64,000 nucleotides of DNA from Planctomycetota bacterium. GTDB lineage: Bacteria; Planctomycetota; UBA1135; UBA2386. Shown here one piece after another: positions 1-8,881 of this stretch. The position numbers and the translations under genes were made by a program. Numbering within the stretch: position 1 is the stretch's first letter; each line of letters opens with the position of its first letter. The notes below the pieces were generated by a model. That model saw only the letters and a list, made by a program, of their open reading frames with translations. It searched no databases and was not told the origin of the DNA. The stretch is taken from contig JAEUHQ010000103.1 in assembly GCA_016794565.1 (NCBI GenBank), positions 34,409 through 98,408 on the forward strand, written 5' to 3'.

Positions 1-501
1 ATCGCACCGGTCGTCGCCGGCGGCGGCAGTACGAACACCGCGCTGCTCGCTTGGGACGAGACGAACACGAGCTCGCCGTTCACCGGCAGCGTCGTCGGAC
101 GGTTCTTCGCGGCGATGGTCGGTGCGCCGCCGGTCTTCCTGAGCCCCGGCTGCGGCAACGGCGGCACGGCGAGCGCCACGGGCCCGTTCTCGCCGGGCAA
201 CGACCAGTTCGCGTTCGCCCTGTCCGGTGGCGACCCGACCGCGCCGTTCGCCCTGATCAGCCTCAGCCTCGGCGGCTCGTCGGTCCTCTGCGGCTGCGAA
301 CTCACGAACTTCCTCGTGCTCGAGGCCACGCTCGCGCAGGCCGGCAGCTCCACCTACGCGTTCAAGCCGTGGTGCGACCCGAGCTACCTCGGCACGGACA
401 TCGAGTTCCAGTGGCTGCTGTGGCCCGCCGCGCAGAGCCCGTGCCCGATCGTGGAGAACCTCGCCGCCAGCAACCGGATGCTCGTCACGCTGCAGCCGTA
501 G
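1..501 (+). CDS. Family A secreted paralog, copy A1 (C-terminal fragment; start lies upstream of window)
   Basis: Open in frame from window position 1 and ends at TAG 499-501. The C-terminal 128 aa (115-501) are ~90% identical to the C-terminus of the 2786-4954 product, including GCGNGG, LCGCELTNFLVLEATLAQAG and KPWCDPSYLGTDIEFQWLLWPAAQSPCP. Confidence 0.6.
   Translation: MAPVVAGGGSTNTALLAWDETNTSSPFTGSVVGRFFAAMVGAPPVFLSPGCGNGGTASATGPFSPGNDQFAFALSGGDPTAPFALISLSLGGSSVLCGCELTNFLVLEATLAQAGSSTYAFKPWCDPSYLGTDIEFQWLLWPAAQSPCPIVENLAASNRMLVTLQP
115..501 (+). repeat. Direct repeat copy 1 (~390 nt, ~90% identical to 4568-4954, with a perfect ~110-nt block)
   Basis: Nucleotide alignment of the 3' ends of A1 and A3. 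The stretch tacgcgttcaagccgtggtgcgacccgagctacctcggcacggacatcgagttccagtggctgctgtggcccgccgcgcagagcccgtgcccgatcgtggagaacctcgccgc is identical in both. Confidence 0.8.
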
Positions 502-584
502 GGCCGCTGCGCCGGGAACGCGAACTTCGTGCGAACGGCGCGCCCCTCCGGTTCGCTGCCCCCCGGGAGGCCTCGATCCGAGCC

Positions 585-2771
585 ATGAACCGCCATCTCC
601 CCCGCTGGGCAGCCGCCGCGGCGCTGTCCCTCCTCGCTCCGTCCGTCCTCGCCCAGAACCCCGGCACGTTCCACCTGCGCCTCAGGGAACAGGCTGCGCT
701 GCAGCAGCTCGACGGCGAACTCTGGGGCATCGGCCCCGACTTCAAGGCCGCGTTCCGCCCGGACGGTGTCGAGTTCACCCCGGCGCTCGGCCGGCGCGCG
801 GCGCGGAACCACCCGGTGACGCTGCGCACGGTCTCGGTCGGTCGCGGCACGACCGCGGCCGCGGTCCCGGCGGCGGTACCGGAGGCGGCCGGGCAGCGGG
901 CCCGCTACGACCGCGGCGACGTCGCGGAGCGCTACGACGTGACCCCACGCGGGCTCGAGCAGTCGTTCGTGTTCGACCGCCTTCCCGCCGGCGACGGCGA
1001 CCTCGTCGTGCGCGTCGCGGTCGAGACCGATCTGCCGCTGGTGCCAGGCACGGCGGACGGCCTCCGGTTCGAACTGCCCGAGGTCGGCGGCGTCGCGATC
1101 GGCGGCGTCACGGGCATCGATGCTGCGGGCGAGAACACGCGCGGAACGATCACCTGCGACGGCCGGGTCGTCGAACTCCGACTGCCCGCGGCATTCGTCG
1201 ACGGTGCAGCGCTGCCGCTCGTGCTCGATCCGCAGATCGGCGCGGTGTTCCCGGTGACGAGTTCGACGCAGGACTACCAGGATCCGGAACTGACGGCGCC
1301 CTGCGTCTCCGGCGACGTGTACCTCTGCGTCTTCGAACGTGAGTTCAGCGCGACCGACCGCGACATCCGCGGCATCCGCGTCGACGGGTCCGGCGCCGTC
1401 ACTGGTTCGTTGTTCGCGCTGACGACCGGCACGGGCGACGACCGCGATCCGACCGCCGCGGCCGTGCCGATGCGGAGCGCGTGGCTCGCGGTGTGGACGC
1501 GCGGCGGCGACCTGTTCACGCGCTCCGTCGCGTCGACGGGGACCGTGAGCAACGAGTTCACCGCGGTGTCGGGCGCCAACAACCAGATCGAACCCGACCT
1601 CGGCGGCGACGCGACGGGGACCGTGGACGACCTCGTGCTGGTGTTCCGCAACTCGTCGCTGAACGCGGTCCAGTGCAGCACGATGACGCTGTTCTCGAAC
1701 GGCATCATCGCGACGTCGGCGCCGGCGACACTCGGTACGACGATCGCCGGCAACAACATCGGCCGCCCGCGCATCGCGCACGACGGCGGCGCGCTCGGCC
1801 GCTACCTGATCGTCTACCCGCTGACGCCGGGCTTCAGCGGCAACACGAAACCGCAGCTCGTGCTGATCGACCGCGACGTGAACGTTCTCGCGACCGGCGC
1901 GATCACGAACGGTGGCAACGACAACGACCGGCCCGACGTCGACGGCGACGGCCGCAACTGGGTCGTGGTCTTCGAGGACGAGTTCATCGAGGGCACTCAG
2001 GACAACGACGTCGTCGCGATCGCGGTCTGGCATCACGAGGCCGGCGCATCGCTGCAGATCGGCGCGCCGCAGTTCGTCACGAACATCGCGAGCGTGAACG
2101 AGACGGACCCCGTCGTCGCGTGCTTCGGCAACGGCTCCGCGCTGGTCGGCTGGCGCCGGCACAGCGGTCTCGTCGCCGCGAACACCGACCTCTTCTGCAA
2201 GACGGTCGACCAGCTCAGCTGCACGACGTGCGAACCGACCGTGCTGCTCGCGAACACCACCAACATCGAGACCAACTTCGCGATCGAGTGCCACCCGTCG
2301 ACCGTGAACGAAGGGATCGTGCTGTGGGAAGTGTCGACGTCGAGCAGCGGCAACGGCGACCTCGACGCCGCGATCTGGGACGCGGAGGACGGCGACGTGG
2401 TGACCCCGTTCGGCGGCGAAGGCTGCGGTCCGAACATCTACTCCGTCGCGGGCTGCGCTCGCGTTGGCAACGCGGGGTTCCAGGTGTGGGTCCGCGGTTT
2501 GTCGATCCCGACGAGCTCCGTGTTCGTGCTGTCGCTGAGCCAGGGCTTCCTGCAGTGCGGCCCCTGCCGGATCTACCCCGACATCTACTCCGGCCTCGTG
2601 CTGTACCCCGTGGCCGGCATCAGCGGCGCGGTGGTCGGCCTCTCGATCCCGAGTGAGCCGGCGCTCAGCGGAATGCGGTTCTACACGCAGTACCTCGTGC
2701 CGGCCTCGGCCCCCCTGTGCACGTGGCTCGGTCGCGACGTCACCAACGCCCTCTCCATCACCATCCAGTGA
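585..2771 (+). CDS. Family A secreted paralog, copy A2 (728 aa): signal peptide, periodic VW-containing repeats, divergent Cys-containing C-terminal module
   Basis: ATG at 585 is in frame with ORF 51-2771. N-terminus MNRHLPRWAAAAALSLLAPSVLAQ is a signal peptide. Real-protein composition, unlike the upstream R-rich extension. Repeated motifs AWLAVW, NWVVVFEDEF, ALVGWRR every ~55 aa. The C-terminal ~120 aa carry CGPN..C..QCGPC cysteines. Confidence 0.7.
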   Translation: MNRHLPRWAAAAALSLLAPSVLAQNPGTFHLRLREQAALQQLDGELWGIGPDFKAAFRPDGVEFTPALGRRAARNHPVTLRTVSVGRGTTAAAVPAAVPEAAGQRARYDRGDVAERYDVTPRGLEQSFVFDRLPAGDGDLVVRVAVETDLPLVPGTADGLRFELPEVGGVAIGGVTGIDAAGENTRGTITCDGRVVELRLPAAFVDGAALPLVLDPQIGAVFPVTSSTQDYQDPELTAPCVSGDVYLCVFEREFSATDRDIRGIRVDGSGAVTGSLFALTTGTGDDRDPTAAAVPMRSAWLAVWTRGGDLFTRSVASTGTVSNEFTAVSGANNQIEPDLGGDATGTVDDLVLVFRNSSLNAVQCSTMTLFSNGIIATSAPATLGTTIAGNNIGRPRIAHDGGALGRYLIVYPLTPGFSGNTKPQLVLIDRDVNVLATGAITNGGNDNDRPDVDGDGRNWVVVFEDEFIEGTQDNDVVAIAVWHHEAGASLQIGAPQFVTNIASVNETDPVVACFGNGSALVGWRRHSGLVAANTDLFCKTVDQLSCTTCEPTVLLANTTNIETNFAIECHPSTVNEGIVLWEVSTSSSGNGDLDAAIWDAEDGDVVTPFGGEGCGPNIYSVAGCARVGNAGFQVWVRGLSIPTSSVFVLSLSQGFLQCGPCRIYPDIYSGLVLYPVAGISGAVVGLSIPSEPALSGMRFYTQYLVPASAPLCTWLGRDVTNALSITIQ

Positions 2772-2785
2772 ACGGGATCCCGACC

Positions 2786-4954
2786 ATGCGACTCTCCTCC
2801 TTCGCGCTCCTGCTCGTTCCGTTCACGCCGCTGCTCGCCCAGGAACCGCCGCGTCCCGCCTTCGATCTCCGCGCCACGTACGGCGTGATCCGCGCCGACG
2901 ATGGCACCGCGTGGACGATCGGCGAGGACTACAAGGCGTGCTGGACCGGCCGCGGCCTCACGTTCACGCCGGCCCTCGGCGAACGGGCGCGCGCGAACCG
3001 CGACCTCTCGCTGCGCGTCGATCGCGTGCAGCGCGGCGCAGTCACCGTTCTCGCTCCCGTCGACGCCGCGGCGCCCGAGATCGGCGAGCGTCACCTCGCG
3101 GTGGTTCGTGGCGAGGTCACCGAACGCTACGACGCGCGGCGGGACGGCGTCGAGCAGAGCTTCGTGTTCGCGACGCGGCCCGCGGGCGAAGGCGACCTCG
3201 TCGTGCGCCTCGCAGTGGAGACCACGATGACGGCCCGCACCGAGACCGACGGCACGCTGTTCTTCCACGACGGCGAAGTCGGCGGCGTCCGCATCGGCCA
3301 CGTCACCGGCGTCGACCGCGACGGTCGTCGCACCCGCGGCTCGCTGCGCACACTCGACGCGAGTGCGATCGAACTGCGGCTGCCCGCCGACTTCGTCGAC
3401 GGCGCCAGCTACCCGATGACGCTCGATCCGCTGCTGGCGACGGCGTTCCTCGTCGGCAGCGGCAACGACGACCAGCACGTCGACGCGGCGCACGGCGCGT
3501 TCGACGGCAACTGGCTCGTCGTGTGGCAGACCGTCTTCTCCTACTTCGACCAGGACATCCGCGCGCAGCGCGTCGCGAGCAACGGCTCACTCGTCGGCGC
3601 CGTGATGTCGCCGTTCCCCACCTCGACGCCCGAGACCAACCCGTCGGTGTGCTACGTGCGCAGCAAGAACATGCACGTGCTGTGCTGGAACGAAGCGACC
3701 GTCCCGTTCGGCCCGTTCACGCTGCGCGCGCGCAGCGTCGGCACGTCCGCGTTCGGCGCCGTCGTGAACGTCTCCGGCAGCGGCGGCGCCAGCGGCGGCA
3801 CGTTCCGCACGTGCGGCGATCGCTCCAACACCGGCAGCAAGGCCCTCGTCGTGTGGAACAGCACCGCAAACAGCGGCACGACGATCGTCGCGACGACGCT
3901 CGACCTCACCGCGACGGGTCTGCTCACCGCGAGTGCCGGCATCGACGTGTCCACCGCGACGGGCCTCTTCACCGACTCGTTCGTTCTCGGCAAGAGCCGC
4001 ACCCCCACCGGCCAGGTGCTGCTCGGCGCCGCGCTGCCGTTCTTCGCGGTGCTCTTCTACGCGCAGGCGCTCAGCTACGACGGCGCGATCGCCGGCACGA
4101 AGCTCGCGGTCGGAACGATCGGCCCGAACGGCTTCCGTACGATCGCGATCGACGGCGACGGCCCGCAGAACGTCGCCGTGTGGCGCGACTCGGCGAACAC
4201 GCTGCAATGCCGGACGGTGACGTGGAACGGCACCGCGCTCTCACTCGGCACGCAGACCACACTGACGAGCAACCCCGGCGTGTCGTGCGACATCGGACTC
4301 CTGGGCGAACGCTACGTCGCGGTATGGAGCGAACCGACCGCGAACCCGTTCGACGACGACCTCGTCGGCATCGCGCTGAAACCCGACTGCAGCGTCTGCA
4401 GCAACAAGTTCGCGTTGACACAGGTCGATCGACCGAGCGCGATGCTGCCGTGCGTCGCCCCGACGTTCGCGAGCGGCACGTCCGGCGGACAAGCGCTGAT
4501 CACGTGGGAAGAACGCGACATCACGCCGCCATTCCGCGGCAGCATCGCGGCTCAGCGCTTCGACGCGATGGTCGGCGCACCCGCCGTGTTCCTCAGCGCC
4601 GGTTGCGGCAACGGCGGCACCGCGACCACGGTCGGCCCGTTCTCGCCGGGCAACGACGACTTCGCGTTCAGCCTGTCCGGCGGCGACCCGACCGCGCCGT
4701 TCGCGTTGATCAGCCTGAGCCTCGGCGGCTCGTCGATCCTCTGCGGCTGCGAACTCACGAACTTCCTCGTCCTCGAGGCCACCCTGGCCCAGGCCGGCGC
4801 GTCGCGCTACGCGTTCAAGCCGTGGTGCGACCCGAGCTACCTCGGCACGGACATCGAGTTCCAGTGGCTGCTGTGGCCCGCCGCGCAGAGCCCGTGCCCG
4901 ATCGTGGAGAACCTCGCCGCGAGCAACCGCAGCCTCGTCACGCTGCGGCCGTGA
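2786..4954 (+). CDS. Family A secreted paralog, copy A3 (722 aa)
   Basis: ATG at 2786 (MRLSSFALLLVPFTPLLAQ signal peptide) is in frame with ORF 2717-4954. It starts 14 nt after the A2 stop. Repeats include WLVVWQT, ALVVWNS, NVAVWRD, YVAVWSE and ALITWEE. The C-terminal 128 aa are nearly identical to A1. Confidence 0.7.
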   Translation: MRLSSFALLLVPFTPLLAQEPPRPAFDLRATYGVIRADDGTAWTIGEDYKACWTGRGLTFTPALGERARANRDLSLRVDRVQRGAVTVLAPVDAAAPEIGERHLAVVRGEVTERYDARRDGVEQSFVFATRPAGEGDLVVRLAVETTMTARTETDGTLFFHDGEVGGVRIGHVTGVDRDGRRTRGSLRTLDASAIELRLPADFVDGASYPMTLDPLLATAFLVGSGNDDQHVDAAHGAFDGNWLVVWQTVFSYFDQDIRAQRVASNGSLVGAVMSPFPTSTPETNPSVCYVRSKNMHVLCWNEATVPFGPFTLRARSVGTSAFGAVVNVSGSGGASGGTFRTCGDRSNTGSKALVVWNSTANSGTTIVATTLDLTATGLLTASAGIDVSTATGLFTDSFVLGKSRTPTGQVLLGAALPFFAVLFYAQALSYDGAIAGTKLAVGTIGPNGFRTIAIDGDGPQNVAVWRDSANTLQCRTVTWNGTALSLGTQTTLTSNPGVSCDIGLLGERYVAVWSEPTANPFDDDLVGIALKPDCSVCSNKFALTQVDRPSAMLPCVAPTFASGTSGGQALITWEERDITPPFRGSIAAQRFDAMVGAPAVFLSAGCGNGGTATTVGPFSPGNDDFAFSLSGGDPTAPFALISLSLGGSSILCGCELTNFLVLEATLAQAGASRYAFKPWCDPSYLGTDIEFQWLLWPAAQSPCPIVENLAASNRSLVTLRP
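4568..4954 (+). repeat. Direct repeat copy 2 (partner of 115-501)
   Basis: Same alignment. The intervening A2 3' end (2390-2771) is much more diverged. Confidence 0.8.
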
Positions 4955-5044
4955 CGATCACTTCGGTGAGTGGTCCACGCGCCCGCAGGGAGATCTGTCC
5001 GTGCGAGCCGCAAGCATGGCCGCGACGGTCGGATCCTCCCGCGC

Positions 5045-6556
5045 TCAGCCCGGCAGCAACCCGCCTTCGAGCTTCACGTAGGCACGCATGCCCTGGCGGC
5101 CGCCTTCGCGGCCGAACCCACTCTCCTTGAAGCCACCGAACGGCGACGCGGCGTCGAAGCGGTTGAACGTGTTGTTCCAGACCACGCCCGCCTTCATGCG
5201 TTCGGCGCACCACAGGATGCGTGCGCCCTTGTCGGTCCAGATGCCCGCGGACAACCCGTAGCTCGTGTTGTTCGCCTTCTCGACGGCTTCTTCCGGCGTG
5301 CGGAACGTCAGCACCGCGAGCACCGGCCCGAACACCTCTTCCCGCGCGATGCGGTGGCTCATCGAGACGCCCGTGAACATCGTCGGCGGGAACCAGAATC
5401 CCTTGCCCGGCAGATCGCACGCGGCCTGGTGCATCGACGCTCCGCCCTCCGCGCCGGCGGCGCAGAGTTCGCGGATGCGCGCGAGCTGCGCCTTGCTGTG
5501 GATCGCGCCCATGTCCGTGTTCTTGTCGAGCGGGCTGCCGACGCGGATGCGCGCCATGCGCCGCTGCAGCTTCTCGACGAACAGATCGTGCACGCTCTCC
5601 TGCACGAGCAGGCGTGAACCGGCGCAGCAGACGTGCCCTTGGTTGAAGAAGATGCCGCGCACGACGCCCTCGACCGCCTGGTCGAGCGCCGCGTCCTCGA
5701 ACACGACGTGCGCCGCCTTGCCGCCGAGTTCGAGCGTCAGCTCGACACCACGGCCGGCGACCGCCTTCTGGATCTCCTTGCCGACTTCCGTGCTGCCCGT
5801 GAACGCGACCTTCGCGAGGCCCGGATGGCGAACGAGCGCCTGGCCGGTGCGGCCGTCGCCGGTGATCACGTTGACGACGCCGGGCGGCAGCCCCGCCTGC
5901 TGCAACACTTCGCAGAGGCGCAGCGCGGTGAGCGGCGACGTCTCCGCGGGCTTCAGCACGACCGTGTTCCCCGCCGCGAGAGCGGGCGCGATCTTCCACG
6001 CGGCCATCAGCAGCGGGAAGTTCCACGGGATCACCTGCCCCACCACACCGAGCGGTGCGGGAGTCTGTCCGGGGAACAGCAGGTCGAGCTTGTCGGCCCA
6101 GCCCGCGTGGTAGAAGAAGTGCTGCGCCGCGAGCGGCACGTCGACGTCGCGCGTCTCCTTGATCGGCTTGCCGTTGTCGAGCGTCTCGAGCACGGCGAAC
6201 TCGCGCGCCCGCTCGAGCAGGATGCGAGCGATGCGGAACAGGTAGCGCGCGCGGTCCTCGCCGGAGAGCGCCTTCCACTTCGGGAACGCACGCTGCGCGG
6301 CCTTCACCGCTGCGTCGACGTCCTTGTCGCCGGCTTGCGCGACCTCGGACAGCGTCTTCTCCGTCGCGGGGTCGATCGTCGCGAAGTGCTCGCCGGACTT
6401 CGGCTTCGTCCACGCGCCGTCGACGAACAGTTCGTGGCGAGGTGCGATCGTCACGTGATCGGTCGCTTCGGGTGCTTGCTCGTAACGCCACACGCGGCCG
6501 AACTCGAGCTCGGGCTTCGCCGCGGAATCCTGCGTCTTCTGGTCGTTCTTGGCCAT
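5045..6556 (-). CDS. NAD(P)-dependent aldehyde dehydrogenase (503 aa)
   Basis: Full ORF with ALDH-family motifs: catalytic region FFNQGHVCCAGSRLLV, ELGGKAA and GTVVLKPAE. Lies immediately downstream of deoC on the same strand. Confidence 0.9.
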   Translation of the reverse strand: MAKNDQKTQDSAAKPELEFGRVWRYEQAPEATDHVTIAPRHELFVDGAWTKPKSGEHFATIDPATEKTLSEVAQAGDKDVDAAVKAAQRAFPKWKALSGEDRARYLFRIARILLERAREFAVLETLDNGKPIKETRDVDVPLAAQHFFYHAGWADKLDLLFPGQTPAPLGVVGQVIPWNFPLLMAAWKIAPALAAGNTVVLKPAETSPLTALRLCEVLQQAGLPPGVVNVITGDGRTGQALVRHPGLAKVAFTGSTEVGKEIQKAVAGRGVELTLELGGKAAHVVFEDAALDQAVEGVVRGIFFNQGHVCCAGSRLLVQESVHDLFVEKLQRRMARIRVGSPLDKNTDMGAIHSKAQLARIRELCAAGAEGGASMHQAACDLPGKGFWFPPTMFTGVSMSHRIAREEVFGPVLAVLTFRTPEEAVEKANNTSYGLSAGIWTDKGARILWCAERMKAGVVWNNTFNRFDAASPFGGFKESGFGREGGRQGMRAYVKLEGGLLPG

Positions 6557-6571
6557 GGCGTGTGCTCCGCG

Positions 6572-7480
6572 TCAGTCGGCGCTGAAATCGGTCGGGCGCT
6601 GGTAGCGGCCCGTGCGTTCCTTCTCGAGCTGCATCAGCACGTCGTTCAGCAGGGAACTCGCTCCGAAGCGGAACCACTGCGGCGACAACCAGCGGTCGCC
6701 GCACGTCTCCGCGACGAGCACCAGGTACTTGAGCGCGTCCTTGCTGGTGCGGATGCCGCCCGCGGCCTTCACGCCGACCATGCGTCCGGTCTCGAGATAG
6801 TGGTCGCGCACCGCCTCGAGCATCAGCAGCACGACCGGCAACGTGCTCGCCGGTGCCACCTTGCCGGTGCTCGTCTTCAGGAAGTCGCCGCCCGCGAGCA
6901 ACGCGATGCGGCAGGCACGCCGGATGTTGTCGTACGTGCGTAGCTCGCCGGTCTCGAGGATCACCTTGAGGTGCGCGTCGCCGCAGACCTCCTTCACGGC
7001 GCAGATCTCGTCGAAGACCTGACCGTAGCGTCCGGCGAGGAAGGCGCCGCGGTCGATCACCATGTCGATCTCGGTGGCACCGGCGGCGACCGCGAGCTGC
7101 ACTTCGCGCAACTTGGTCGGCCGGTCGGTGCGTCCCGACGGGAAGCCGGTCGCGACGGCGGCCACCTGCACGGTGCTGCCGCGCACCGCCGCCGCGGCGA
7201 CCTCGACGAGATCCGGGTAGACGCACACTGCCGCGCACGACGGCACGTCGGCGCGGGCCGGCAACGGCCGCATCGCCTTCTGGCACAACTGCCGCACCTT
7301 GCCCGGCGAGTCCATGCCTTCGAGCGTGGTGAGGTCCATCATCGAGATGGCGAGGCAGAGACCCTGCACCTTCGCCTTCTTCTTGATGGATCGCGTGCCG
7401 AGATCGGCAGCGCGCGTCTCGAGCGCGACCGCGTCGACGGGCGGCACACGGAACTCGACGGGAGACAGCGAGTGGGACAT
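6572..7480 (-). CDS. deoC: Deoxyribose-phosphate aldolase (302 aa)
   Basis: Start MSHSLSPVEF, with cat at 7478-7480 on the plus strand. DeoC motifs LKVILETGEL and Schiff-base lysine region GGDFLKTSTGKV. The 5' extension of the ORF is R-rich artefact. Confidence 0.85.
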   Translation of the reverse strand: MSHSLSPVEFRVPPVDAVALETRAADLGTRSIKKKAKVQGLCLAISMMDLTTLEGMDSPGKVRQLCQKAMRPLPARADVPSCAAVCVYPDLVEVAAAAVRGSTVQVAAVATGFPSGRTDRPTKLREVQLAVAAGATEIDMVIDRGAFLAGRYGQVFDEICAVKEVCGDAHLKVILETGELRTYDNIRRACRIALLAGGDFLKTSTGKVAPASTLPVVLLMLEAVRDHYLETGRMVGVKAAGGIRTSKDALKYLVLVAETCGDRWLSPQWFRFGASSLLNDVLMQLEKERTGRYQRPTDFSAD

Positions 7481-7570
7481 CGCGGGACACGCGATCGTGC
7501 CGTATCCGCAAGGGGAAGTCACGGCCGCGGCCTCCAGTCGCCGCGGTGCCGGCGCCGATGACGCCGGGAC

Positions 7571-8452
7571 ATGATCGAAGTCCGCATTCCCCTGCACGAC
7601 CAGGGTACGGGTCACCGTGGCGAACTGCGCATCGCGGGTGGCGTGTGGGCGGGCGACGTCTGCGCCTTCGAGTTCGTCGAGACGCTGCACGGCATGTCCG
7701 GAACCGCTGTCTGCGACTGGCGCGAGCCGGAGACGCGACTGTTCGTCGACGACGGAGCTGCGGCCGACCCGAGCGCGAACCTGCTGCTCGACCGGATCCG
7801 CACCCTGCTGCTCCCGTTCCACCGCGGCTCGTGGAAGCGCGCCGCCGCCGCGCGGATCGCGGCGCTCCACACCTGCGATCACCGGGGCACGGGGACCGGC
7901 TCGACGGAGAGCGCCCGGCAGGCCGCGTTCGAGAAGGACGTTCTCGACCAGGTCGTGCGACTCGGCGAGCCGCGCAAGGTGCTCGACGTCGCGTGCTCGG
8001 TCGGCGAAGGCGTGAGGCAGCTGCGTGCGCGCGGCGTCGAAGCGTGGGGCTGCGACCCGAGTCCCGATCTCCACCGCATCGCGCTTCCCGACGTCGCCCG
8101 ATGGCTGCGTCGCGGCGCGGTCGACGCGCTCCCGTTCGGCCCCGAGGACGGATTCGACACCTTGCTCGCATTCGACGTCTTCCAGCACCTCGCCGAGGAC
8201 CGCATCGCGCGGATGGTCACCGAATTCGCGCGGCTCGGCGTGCAGCGCGTCGTCGCGCGCATCGCCCTGTGCGAGTTCTCCGATCCGGGCCACGTCACGC
8301 TGCGTCCGCTGTCGTGGTGGGATCGCCAGATGGCACCCTGGTTCCAGCGACGCGCGGGGAAGGCCCTTCCCGAAATGGCGATCGCGTCCGGTCTCGATCC
8401 CGCGAACTTCCTGCGCGTCTACGAACTCTCCAAGGTGCCCGCGGCGGTGTGA
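7571..8452 (+). CDS. Class I SAM-dependent methyltransferase (293 aa)
   Basis: MTase motif I VLDVACSVGEG and acidic motif II LAFDVFQHL. Normal amino-acid composition. Confidence 0.6.
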   Translation: MIEVRIPLHDQGTGHRGELRIAGGVWAGDVCAFEFVETLHGMSGTAVCDWREPETRLFVDDGAAADPSANLLLDRIRTLLLPFHRGSWKRAAAARIAALHTCDHRGTGTGSTESARQAAFEKDVLDQVVRLGEPRKVLDVACSVGEGVRQLRARGVEAWGCDPSPDLHRIALPDVARWLRRGAVDALPFGPEDGFDTLLAFDVFQHLAEDRIARMVTEFARLGVQRVVARIALCEFSDPGHVTLRPLSWWDRQMAPWFQRRAGKALPEMAIASGLDPANFLRVYELSKVPAAV

Positions 8453-8458
8453 CCGCGG

Positions 8459-8881
8459 TCAGCGTCGCCCGCGCTCCACGTCGGCGAACGTGAACGGGCG
8501 CGGCAGGAGCCGTCGCAGCGACGTGCGCCGCACCGCTCCTTTCGTGCCGGCGAGCAGCACGTGCTGCCCCTTGCCGAACTCGGCGAGCACCTGGCGACAG
8601 GCCCCGCACGGACTCGCCGGCTCGGCGAGGCCCGTCACGACCGCGACCGCGAACAACTCGGTGACGCCCGCGGCGACCGCGGCGAAGACGGCGGCGCGCT
8701 CGGCACAGATCGTGAGCCCGTAGCTCGCGTTCTCGACGTTGCAGCCGACGAAGACCCGGCCGTCGCCCGCCAGCACGGCGGCGCCGACCTTGAACTTCGA
8801 CGCGGGCGCGTAGGCGTTCGCCCGGACGGCGCGGGCGGCGGCGACGAGGCGGGCGGCGGTGGCGGCGTCGATCCGGCTCAC
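8459..8881 (-). CDS. cdd: Cytidine deaminase (140 aa)
   Basis: Zinc-binding motifs CAERAA and PCGACRQ of the homotetrameric cytidine deaminase family. Confidence 0.85.
   Translation of the reverse strand: MSRIDAATAARLVAAARAVRANAYAPASKFKVGAAVLAGDGRVFVGCNVENASYGLTICAERAAVFAAVAAGVTELFAVAVVTGLAEPASPCGACRQVLAEFGKGQHVLLAGTKGAVRRTSLRRLLPRPFTFADVERGRR

Noticed and set aside
51-584. 5' extension of ORF 51-2771, and analogous N-terminal extensions of ORFs 2717, 13117, 18028, 19353, 20828, 23207, 35518, 40059, 51214, 52896, 53195 and 58679
   Set aside because: The extensions are R/P-rich and overlap the preceding gene. In each case an internal ATG/GTG/TTG follows a stop of the upstream gene and starts a signal peptide or conserved N-terminal motif, so the shorter models were used.
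4568-4954. Possibility that family A/B C-terminal modules are PEP-CTERM, MYXO-CTERM, LPXTG or T9SS C-terminal sorting signals
   Set aside because: There is no terminal transmembrane helix plus basic tail and no PEP or LPXTG motif, and the modules are larger (75-125 aa) and cysteine-containing. The modules are retained as unassigned; the T9SS C-terminal domain and others should still be checked by profile search.
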